Shown in pieces: positions 46,035 to 52,971 of a stretch of DNA of 52,971 nt. Each line of letters starts with the position of its first letter. Positions within the stretch are counted from its first letter, which is position 1. The notes beneath the pieces are model-generated. The model ran no database searches and had not been told where the DNA came from. It was given only the letters and a program-made list of their open reading frames with translations. The position numbers and the translations under genes were made by a program. The stretch spans positions 1 through 52,971 of the forward strand of contig JAGREJ010000004.1 of NCBI GenBank assembly GCA_020446595.1. The letters run 5' to 3'. The DNA comes from Novosphingobium sp. Its GTDB lineage: Bacteria > Pseudomonadota > Alphaproteobacteria > Sphingomonadales > Sphingomonadaceae.

Positions 46035-48881
46035 ATGCTCTCGGTTGCATCGGTTCGCTCGGCTGGCGGAGCAGCCAGCTACTTCGCTGCGGACAACTAT
46101 TACACGCGCGAACAGGGTCACGGAGAGTGGTTCGGCAAGGGCGCGGAGGCACTTGGCCTGACGGACAGGATCGATGCAAAGCAGTTCGAGGCCGTGCTGC
46201 GCGGCGAACTGCCCAACGGTTCGCGGGTGGGCCGGGATGGCATTCATCGCGCCGGGATCGACCTTACTTTCTCGATGCCCAAAAGCTGGTCGCTGATCGC
46301 GCTGGTGGGTGGCGACCGGCGGATCATCGAGGCCTATGGCGAGGCAGTGAAAGCGACACTTTCATGGGCGGAAAAGAACGCCGCGCAAGCCCGTGTCGAT
46401 GAAGGCAAGGGGCAGAAACTCCTTCCGACCGGGAACCTTGTCGTCGGTCTGTTCGAACACGACACAAGCCGCGCGCAAGAACCGCAAAGCCATTTCCATG
46501 CGGTGATCGCCAATGTGACCCAGCTTCCGAACGGCGAATGGCGGGCATTGCGCAACGACAAGCTCTGGACATTCAACACGCTGCTCAATTCGATGACCAT
46601 GGCGCATTTCCGGCGCAGTGTTGAGGCGATGGGTTATGCCATTGCTGATCGCTCGAAGCATGGCAACTTCGAAGCCGCCGGTATCGCGCGCAACATGGTG
46701 ATGGCGTTCAGCACCCGCCGCCAGCAGATACTCGCCAAGGTGAGCGAAATGACATCACGCAGCCCCGAAGCATTCCATGCAGCCACGCTGATGACACGAG
46801 AGAACAAGGCCCAGGTTGAGGATCGCGCTGCGCTCTATGCCGGGTGGAATGAGACCGCTGCCGAGATTGGCTTGGACCTCGCCGCGATCCGCGCCGAGGC
46901 CGTTCACAGGTTGCAAGCCGAACCCGGACTTGCGCAGCGCATGGGGGACGTCTGGAGTGCAATCGCGGACAAGGCGCGCGATATTGCCGACCGTTTTGCC
47001 GGTGCGCTGGGCCTGCAAGCTACCGATCCTTACCTGCCGCAGCGCTTCCCCAAGCAAACGCCCGGCGACATTGCCGCTGCCCATGCCGTGGCGTCCGCCA
47101 TCCGGCATCTCGAACAGCGCGAGGCAGGCTTTGCTGTCACCGACATCGCCAAGGCCGCACTGGACTTTGGCCTACCGACGACGATCGACGAGGTCGAGAA
47201 GGCCATCGACCGCCAACTTCGTAGCGGCAATGTGCAACGCGGACATGACGAACGCGCGGGGCTGGTTACGACCGTTCAAGCACTTGCGACCGAACGATCT
47301 ATGCTGGAGGAGATCGACAAGGGACGTGCTGCCGTCACTCCAATCCTTCCAGCCGACCTCGCCGGGGAAAACCTCCAGCACTTCGCGCAAGAGGCTAACG
47401 GCTTCACGCTCAATCCGGGACAGGAGGCTGCGGGACGCATGATGTTCGCTTCTGCCGACCGCACTATTGCGATTCAGGGCATTGCCGGAGCAGGCAAGTC
47501 CTCGATGCTGGCACCCGCCGCGCGGCTGTTCGAAGCGCAGGGACGCAAAGTCATGGGTCTGGCGGTGCAGAACACGCTGGTGCGCCAGCTTGAGCGCGAT
47601 ACCGGCATCGCTTCGATGACCGTGGCTCGATTCCTCAAGGCCTATGGCGGCGACGTCAGCAACGCTACGAGGACGGAAATGGCGGGCTCTGTGCTGGTGG
47701 TCGATGAGGCTTCGATGCTCGCCAATGCCGACCAGCTCAAACTGATCGAAGTGGCTAACAGGCTCGATGTCGCACGTCTGGTGCTGATCGGCGATGCCAG
47801 ACAGCTTGGCGCGGTCGATGCCGGCAAACCCTTTGCGCTGGCGCAGGATTCCGGGATCGAAACCGCCCGCATGGACGAGAATGTCCGCGCGCGCGACGAC
47901 ACCATCCGGGATGTCGCGAAAGCCGCGCAGGCAGGCGATGTGACCAAGGCCATGCAGCTACTCGGCGGGAATGTCGTCGAAACCCAAGGCAGTGTGGTCG
48001 AGCAGGCAGCGCGGCAATGGCTCGATCTGCCCAAGGGCGAACGCGAACGGACGATGATCTTTGCCTCGGGCCGCCGCTTGCGCGATGCGGTTAACCTGGC
48101 GGTGCAGTCCGGCTTGCGTGAGAAGGGCGAGCTTGGCGGCGATAGCTTGACCTTCCAGACGCTCGACCGCGTCAACCTGACCAATGAGGAACTGCGCTAT
48201 GCGCATCACTATCGGGCCGGTCGCATCGTCGAACTCGCCAAGCCGATCAAGGCGCAGCGGTTATCGGCAGGCCTCTATGCGGTCAGCGGGGTGAGTGGCA
48301 ATGGGCGCGTCGAGATGATTGATGCCAAGGGCAAGGTCCATCGCTTCGATCCCGACCGTGTCCGGCCCGGACAGGACAATCGCATCGCGCTTCATGAGCC
48401 GAAAGAACGAACCATCCATACCGGTGACCGCATCCGCTGGACCACGAACGACCATCAGCGCGGGCTACTCAATGCCGACCGCGCCACGGTAACGTCCCTC
48501 GGCAAGTCCCATGTCGAAATTGAGACGTCGACCGGTATGAAGCTGTCACTGGCGAAAACCGATCCCATGCTAGCCCGGTTCGATCTGGCCTATGCCTATA
48601 ATGCCCACATGGCGCAGGGCATGACCGCTGACAAAGCGATCGTCGTGATGGAAGCGCGCGATACCAAGTTGCTCACCAAACAGAACTTCCTCGTTTCGGT
48701 CACCCGAGTGCGCGATGATCTCACCGTCTATGTCGATCAGGCGGACAAGGCCCAGCGCAAACTGGAATTGCAGTCCGGCGAAAAGACTTCGGCACTGGGG
48801 ACCGTTGGCGAGAGAGAATCCAAAGCTCCGGAACTCGAACTGCAGCGCGACCGGGTCAAACCCTTCGAAATCGGCCTGTAG
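46035..48881 (+). CDS. trwC: MOBF relaxase-helicase (TrwC/TraI-like)
   Basis: YFAADNYY, DLTFSMPKS, HDTSRAQEPQSHFH (3H motif); helicase motifs GIAGAGKS, VDEASM, GDARQL, AQGMT. Confidence 0.93.
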   Translation: MLSVASVRSAGGAASYFAADNYYTREQGHGEWFGKGAEALGLTDRIDAKQFEAVLRGELPNGSRVGRDGIHRAGIDLTFSMPKSWSLIALVGGDRRIIEAYGEAVKATLSWAEKNAAQARVDEGKGQKLLPTGNLVVGLFEHDTSRAQEPQSHFHAVIANVTQLPNGEWRALRNDKLWTFNTLLNSMTMAHFRRSVEAMGYAIADRSKHGNFEAAGIARNMVMAFSTRRQQILAKVSEMTSRSPEAFHAATLMTRENKAQVEDRAALYAGWNETAAEIGLDLAAIRAEAVHRLQAEPGLAQRMGDVWSAIADKARDIADRFAGALGLQATDPYLPQRFPKQTPGDIAAAHAVASAIRHLEQREAGFAVTDIAKAALDFGLPTTIDEVEKAIDRQLRSGNVQRGHDERAGLVTTVQALATERSMLEEIDKGRAAVTPILPADLAGENLQHFAQEANGFTLNPGQEAAGRMMFASADRTIAIQGIAGAGKSSMLAPAARLFEAQGRKVMGLAVQNTLVRQLERDTGIASMTVARFLKAYGGDVSNATRTEMAGSVLVVDEASMLANADQLKLIEVANRLDVARLVLIGDARQLGAVDAGKPFALAQDSGIETARMDENVRARDDTIRDVAKAAQAGDVTKAMQLLGGNVVETQGSVVEQAARQWLDLPKGERERTMIFASGRRLRDAVNLAVQSGLREKGELGGDSLTFQTLDRVNLTNEELRYAHHYRAGRIVELAKPIKAQRLSAGLYAVSGVSGNGRVEMIDAKGKVHRFDPDRVRPGQDNRIALHEPKERTIHTGDRIRWTTNDHQRGLLNADRATVTSLGKSHVEIETSTGMKLSLAKTDPMLARFDLAYAYNAHMAQGMTADKAIVVMEARDTKLLTKQNFLVSVTRVRDDLTVYVDQADKAQRKLELQSGEKTSALGTVGERESKAPELELQRDRVKPFEIGL

Positions 48882-50168
48882 CTACCGGCTCGGCCAGCCC
48901 AGCATCTTGTAGGGAACCGGGAACGCATCGAGCAGCATCACTCCCCATGCATCGAGCAGTTCTCGTCGCCGGACCATGAAAGCAGCGCGGTTGTAGGCCC
49001 CTTCCGATCCCGACACCCCTTCAGGGATGTGGGCCAGGATCAGATCGATCACATGCCGGTCGCCCGGCGAACCGTTGCGTTCGGCCCATTCGTTCATGAT
49101 CGTCGAGAACGACGCGCGCCAGCCATGCGGGACGTGGCGGCCCTGATAGCCACAGCGGTTGTAGAAGTAGGATAGCGTGTTCTCGCTCATCGGGCGACGC
49201 GCATTGCGGTTCGACGGGAACACCAGCGGCCCGCGACCGGTCAGTGCCCATGCCGCGCGCAATACATCGACCGCTTGGGGTGACAGAGGCACAAGGTGCT
49301 CAAAGCCTTCGTCAGTCTTGAGCTCTTTGTCGAGCTTCATCCGGTGTGCTGGCACGCGCCACAGCGCATCGGCGCATGGCGCATCGCTTTGCCACTCCAC
49401 GCCCTCGATCTCGGTCCACGGCAATGCCCGGATCATGCCGGGGCGTTGCGCCGTCAGCGCCAGAAAGCGCGACGCCAGCTTGGTCAGCGGCGAGGCCGGA
49501 TCGGCCTCGGTCTTGCGCAGCATGTCCTGCAATTGATCGAGCGACAGAAACGCCGGTCGCTTCTTTGAACGCGGCACCGGCTTCAGGGCTTTGGTCACGA
49601 TAGCCGCCGGATCGCGAGTCCCTGCGCCCTCGGCAATCGCATGGACGAACACCGCCGACATGCGCTGGCGCACCCGATGTGCCGTCTCGATCGCGCCGCG
49701 CTTCTCGATCTTGCGCAGCACCGAGAGCACCATAGGCTCGTCGATCTCCGAAATTGGCAATTTGCCAACCCAGGGGAACACTTCCTTCTCCAGGCTCCCG
49801 ATCACGTCTTGCGAATGGATCGGTGTCCAGCGGTCCTTTTGCAGGTCGTACCAGCCTCGTGCCAGCGCTTCGAAGGTGTTGGTGGCCGCCACCGCGCGTT
49901 CAACCTTCGCCTTTGCTGCCTCAATCCCCGGATCGCGGCCATCCGACAGGAGCCGCCGCGCATCGGCCTTACGATCGCGTGCTTCCTTCAGGCCCATATC
50001 GGGGTAGCGACCCAGAACCAGCCGCCGTTCCTTGCCGGCAAAACGATATTTGAGCCGCCAGCTGCGCAGTCCGGCCTTCGACACGAACAGATACAACCCT
50101 TCGGAATCGGAAAGCTTGTAATCCTTTGTTTTCGGCTTGGCCTGTCTTACGGCCATGTCGGTCAGCAT
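48882..50168 (-). CDS. P4-like tyrosine integrase
   Basis: N-terminal arm-binding domain (KLSDSEGLYL, WRLKYR, LGRYP); catalytic R (QRPG), HGWR, LAH, Y; directly downstream of the tRNA. Confidence 0.95.
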   Translation of the reverse strand: MLTDMAVRQAKPKTKDYKLSDSEGLYLFVSKAGLRSWRLKYRFAGKERRLVLGRYPDMGLKEARDRKADARRLLSDGRDPGIEAAKAKVERAVAATNTFEALARGWYDLQKDRWTPIHSQDVIGSLEKEVFPWVGKLPISEIDEPMVLSVLRKIEKRGAIETAHRVRQRMSAVFVHAIAEGAGTRDPAAIVTKALKPVPRSKKRPAFLSLDQLQDMLRKTEADPASPLTKLASRFLALTAQRPGMIRALPWTEIEGVEWQSDAPCADALWRVPAHRMKLDKELKTDEGFEHLVPLSPQAVDVLRAAWALTGRGPLVFPSNRNARRPMSENTLSYFYNRCGYQGRHVPHGWRASFSTIMNEWAERNGSPGDRHVIDLILAHIPEGVSGSEGAYNRAAFMVRRRELLDAWGVMLLDAFPVPYKMLGWPSR

Positions 50169-50170
50169 AA

Positions 50171-50212
50171 ATGCCCCCAGATTTGCGATCCTACGCCCCC
50201 TTCCGTGCCCCC
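50171..50212 (+). repeat. Putative integrase arm-type sites (RYGCCCCC x3)
   Basis: ATGCCCCC at 50171, ACGCCCCC at 50193, GTGCCCCC at 50205; the last two are 12 bp apart, as at 1375/1387. Confidence 0.65.
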
Positions 50213-50242
50213 GGATTGATGCGGATGCAGGCAGACATATCG

Positions 50243-50257
50243 AAACAAATAGGGAAC
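50243..50257 (-). promoter_or_regulatory. LexA-like box upstream of the integrase
   Basis: Minus strand reads GTTC-CCTATTT-GTTT, one mismatch to GTTC-N7-GTTC, ~75 bp upstream of the int ATG. Confidence 0.6.
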
Positions 50258-50326
50258 AATGATGGCCGCAAAATCCCGGAAATACAAGGAAATTAGCGCT
50301 TTATTGGAAGGCCTCGGATCGCGAGG

Positions 50327-50349
50327 TGGCGGAGAGGGTGGGATTCGAA
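50327..50349 (-). repeat. att core, tRNA-proximal copy
   Basis: Identical to 1299-1321. Confidence 0.95.
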
Positions 50350-50416
50350 CCCACGTTACGGTTGCCCGTAAACCGCATTTCGAGTGCGGCGCATTCGACC
50401 TCTCTGCCACCTCTCC
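50327..50416 (-). tRNA. tRNA-Ser(CGA)
   Basis: GGAGAGG...CCTCTCC-GCCA acceptor stem, anticodon arm CCGCA-CT-CGA-AA-TGCGG, long variable arm, GGTTCGAATCC; 90 nt with encoded CCA. Confidence 0.97.
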
Positions 50417-50573
50417 GCAAGGGGTGCCCGATCGCGCGACAAACGCTGTGTGGTCGAGGAAGCGCGCGGTTAGCGGACCGGCGCGCCTTTGCCAAGCCCC
50501 GTTGGTCGCATGTCGGGGGATCGCGCCGCTACAACGCTTGTTTCGCATGCGCACAAATCCTATATTCGCTTTC

Positions 50574-50954
50574 ATGAATCGCGCGACTTACTATTCGCCG
50601 CAGGCCGGTCGTCTCATCGACGCACCGCGCCAGACCAGAGCCCGCTTCGCCATCGGCGATGTCGTCAAGCACCGCCATTACGATTTTCGGGGGGTCGTTT
50701 TCGATATCGATCCGGTCTTCGCAAACAGCGAGGAGTGGTATCAGTCGATCCCGGCGGACGTGCGGCCCACGCGCGAACAGCCGTTCTACCATCTCCTCGC
50801 CGAGAACGAGGACGCGAGCTACGTCGCCTATGTCAGCCAGCAAAACCTGCTCGGCGATGCCGAAGGCGGGCCGGTCGATCATCCCTCGCTGGCCGAGATG
50901 TTCGAGGATTTCGCCGACGGGCGCTATCGCCTGCGGCAGGGGCTGGCGCACTAA
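50574..50954 (+). CDS. hspQ: Heat shock protein HspQ (YccV-like)
   Basis: FAIGDVVKHR, RGVVFDIDP, QPFYHLLAE, YVAYVSQQNL, HP. Confidence 0.9.
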   Translation: MNRATYYSPQAGRLIDAPRQTRARFAIGDVVKHRHYDFRGVVFDIDPVFANSEEWYQSIPADVRPTREQPFYHLLAENEDASYVAYVSQQNLLGDAEGGPVDHPSLAEMFEDFADGRYRLRQGLAH

Positions 50955-50961
50955 CGGGATT

Positions 50962-51426
50962 TCAGCCGGCGGGGCGCGTGCCTCGCAAGTGCCGCGTGCG
51001 ATCCACACCCGCGATCATCGGAGCTGCCCCGACGCTGCGCTCAAAGCGCAGGTAGGACAGCGACGAGGTCTTGATATACCAGCGCCCGTCGACCTTCTCG
51101 TAGGTTTCGAGATAGTGGCCCCAGCCGTGGGTCTGGCTGCCATCGGTGTAGATGTTGTAGTCCTCCAGCGCCCAGACACCTGAGGCGGTGGTCTCACCGG
51201 TCATCTCGATTTCCGGCATGTGTCCCTGGTGCACGCTCTGCACGATGCCCAGATTCTTTACGGACTCGACAAATTCGTCCCGGCTCGTGGTCCTTTCGCC
51301 GCCTGCCCCGCTGGTGTCGAAAATAACGTCCGGCGTGAAGATCTGCGCGTAGTTCTCCCAGTCCTGCGCATCCAGAAAGCGGAAATAGCGGGCCTTGAGC
51401 TTCTTGATTTCCTCGATGTCATCCAT
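50962..51426 (-). CDS. SnoaL-like / NTF2-fold protein
   Basis: IEEIKKLKARYFRFLD..DW, VHQGHMPEIE, G.Y.E.Y.K.DGRW.I. Confidence 0.85.
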   Translation of the reverse strand: MDDIEEIKKLKARYFRFLDAQDWENYAQIFTPDVIFDTSGAGGERTTSRDEFVESVKNLGIVQSVHQGHMPEIEMTGETTASGVWALEDYNIYTDGSQTHGWGHYLETYEKVDGRWYIKTSSLSYLRFERSVGAAPMIAGVDRTRHLRGTRPAG

Positions 51427-51459
51427 GGCATGCTCTCCCTTCTTCCGCATCCTGCGGCT

Positions 51460-52329
51460 TCAGGTCTTCAGTTTCCAGCCCGAACGCAGAACCAGATAGG
51501 TAATGATCGCCAGTGCGAGGTTCACCAGGCCCATCGCCACCGCTGCCTGCATCACGGCGGCGTTGGTATCGCCGATGTCGCTCTGCCCCAGGAAGCCGAA
51601 GCGGAAGCCGGAAATGATGTAGAAGAACGGATTGGCGCGGCTGATCGCCTGAAAGACAGGAGCAAGATTGCTGATGACATAGAACGTGCCCGACAGCAGC
51701 GAGAGCGGCGCGATGATGAAATTGGTGATCGCGGCGTTGTGATCGAACTTGTCGGCCCAGATCGAGGACAACAGGCCGAGGATCGACAGGAACGCCGAAC
51801 CCATCAGGCCGAACCACACGACGGCCCAGGGATGCGCCAGCGAAAGGTCTACCCCCGGCCACAGCAGCATCGCGCCGTAGAGTGCCAGCCCCACCATCAC
51901 CGCGCGAGTCATCGCCGCACCGACCATGGCCAGCAGCAGTTCGCCTTCCGACAGCGGCGGCATCAGGAAATCGACGATGGTGCCCTGCATCTTGCCGGAG
52001 AGGAACGAGAAGCTGGCATTGGCAAAGGCGTTCTGCATCATGCCCATGACGATGAGGCCCGGCGCGACAAAAGTCGCGAAATTGACGCCGAGCACCTCGC
52101 GCCCGCCACGCCCCAGCGCCACCGAAAAGATCACGAGAAACAGCAGGGTGGTGATCGCCGGCGCCCAGATCGTCTGGGTCTGGACCTTGAAGAAACGCCG
52201 CACCTCCTTCATATATAGGGTCTTCAGGCCGATCCAGTTGACGCGGTGGATCACCGGCTCACCCTTTGGCGCAAAGCCGGATGCGGACGGCCCGTTAACG
52301 GATTCGGTCAAGGCGGGTTGATCGGTCAT
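51460..52329 (-). CDS. ABC-2 type transporter permease (YadH-like)
   Basis: KEVRRFFKVQTQTIWAP, FVAPGLI, PLSLLSGTFY, NPFFYII.GFR; ATG 52329. Confidence 0.9.
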   Translation of the reverse strand: MTDQPALTESVNGPSASGFAPKGEPVIHRVNWIGLKTLYMKEVRRFFKVQTQTIWAPAITTLLFLVIFSVALGRGGREVLGVNFATFVAPGLIVMGMMQNAFANASFSFLSGKMQGTIVDFLMPPLSEGELLLAMVGAAMTRAVMVGLALYGAMLLWPGVDLSLAHPWAVVWFGLMGSAFLSILGLLSSIWADKFDHNAAITNFIIAPLSLLSGTFYVISNLAPVFQAISRANPFFYIISGFRFGFLGQSDIGDTNAAVMQAAVAMGLVNLALAIITYLVLRSGWKLKT

Positions 52330-52402
52330 CACGCGGCGACTATCGGCTGCCTGCCGCACTGGCAAGCGGGCTTTGCTCGCTACTACGAGGAACGGAATTG
52401 CA

Positions 52403-52971
52403 ATGAGCTGGACCGACGAGCGGATCAAGAAGCTGACCAAGATGTGGGAAAGCGGTGCCACCGCAAGCCAGATCGCCGACGAACTTGGCGGGGTCAGCCG
52501 CAATGCCGTGATCGGCAAGGCGCACCGGCTGGGCCTCAAGGCGCGGCCGTCCCCGGTCAAGCCGAACGAAAAGGAAGTGAAGGCCAAGACCGCCAAGAAG
52601 GCGAAACCGGCCGCCCCGCCCGCGCCCGCCAAGGAAGCGAAACCGGCGAAGCCCGCCAAGGCCGAGCCGAAACCGGCTGCCGAACAGCCCGAGGTCGAGG
52701 CGAAGCCGGAGCCGGCCGTCACGCCGTCCATCCCTGCCCCCGCCATGCCCGAGCGGCCCCGGATCGTCTCGGTCGGCCCCGGCGGCTTCCTGCGTCAGGG
52801 CCCCGGCGACCAGCAGGCGCCTATCCCGCCAGCGCCGCCGCGCCGCCTTGTCCCGGCCAAGCCTAGCCCGGAGATCGCCGACAAGACCAGCCTGCTCGAT
52901 CTCAACGATCGCATCTGCCGCTGGCCGATGGGCCATCCGGGCGAGCCCGATTTCCATTTCTGCGGCGAGAA
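52403..52971 (+). CDS. gcrA: Cell-cycle regulator GcrA, 3'-partial (absent from the ORF track because no stop codon in window)
   Basis: Translated by hand: MSWTDERIKKLTKMWESGATASQIADELGGVSRNAVIGKAHRLGL ... LLDLNDRICRWPMGHPGEPDFHFCG. Confidence 0.95.
   Translation, partial: MSWTDERIKKLTKMWESGATASQIADELGGVSRNAVIGKAHRLGLKARPSPVKPNEKEVKAKTAKKAKPAAPPAPAKEAKPAKPAKAEPKPAAEQPEVEAKPEPAVTPSIPAPAMPERPRIVSVGPGGFLRQGPGDQQAPIPPAPPRRLVPAKPSPEIADKTSLLDLNDRICRWPMGHPGEPDFHFCGE

Larger units (their letters stand above)
1299..50349. mobile_element. ~49-kb integrative (mobilizable) element / genomic island in tRNA-Ser(CGA)
   Basis: Identical 23-bp repeat at both ends equal to the tRNA 3' end. Integrase lies directly downstream of the tRNA, a MOBF relaxase is present, and housekeeping genes lie outside the repeats. 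Confidence 0.93.

Noticed and set aside
50259-50573. N-terminal extension of hspQ in the ORF track
   Set aside because: It runs antisense through tRNA-Ser; the plausible start is ATG 50574.
52330-52746. N-terminal extension of the ABC permease ORF
   Set aside because: It is the antisense of gcrA; the permease starts at 52329.
1-52971. CRISPR array, IS elements, prophage genes, mating-pore T4SS genes, excisionase
   Set aside because: None recognised by eye. Phage-tail-like genes are explained by the T6SS, and the CHAT protein has no neighbouring cas genes. A small divergent excisionase could have been missed.

Overview
Alphaproteobacterial chromosome, probably Sphingomonadales (inferred from gcrA/hspQ and alphaproteobacterial-type LexA boxes). 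Nearly the whole window (1299-50349, ~49 kb) is one integrative element inserted in the 3' end of tRNA-Ser(CGA) and bounded by a perfect 23-bp direct repeat. It encodes a P4-like tyrosine integrase and a MOBF (TrwC/TraI-like) relaxase but no mating-pore genes, so it looks like an integrative mobilizable element. LexA-like boxes precede both int and the mob operon. The cargo has two parts. (i) A type VI secretion system in Pseudomonas H1-T6SS-like order (tssA-B-C-hcp-tagJ-tssE-F-G-clpV; vgrG-orf-tagH; tssK-L-M-tagF-pppA-ppkA). It has no recognisable tssJ or tagQRST, and its tssM is split by a -1 frameshift at a C-CCT-TTT heptamer. A PAAR-phospholipase effector with an ankyrin lipoprotein partner, an M23 peptidase and a CAAX protease lie beside it. 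(ii) An exported caspase-fold protease module: signal-peptide CHAT protease, TpsA/TpsB pair, OmpA-domain protein, Sel1-caspase (C14) protein and a short autotransporter barrel, plus two orphan genes, one ending in a T3SS-needle-like helix. Host genes on the flanks: mscS-family (left); tRNA-Ser, hspQ, SnoaL-like, ABC-2 permease and gcrA (right). All assignments come from motif recognition by eye; no database searches were run.
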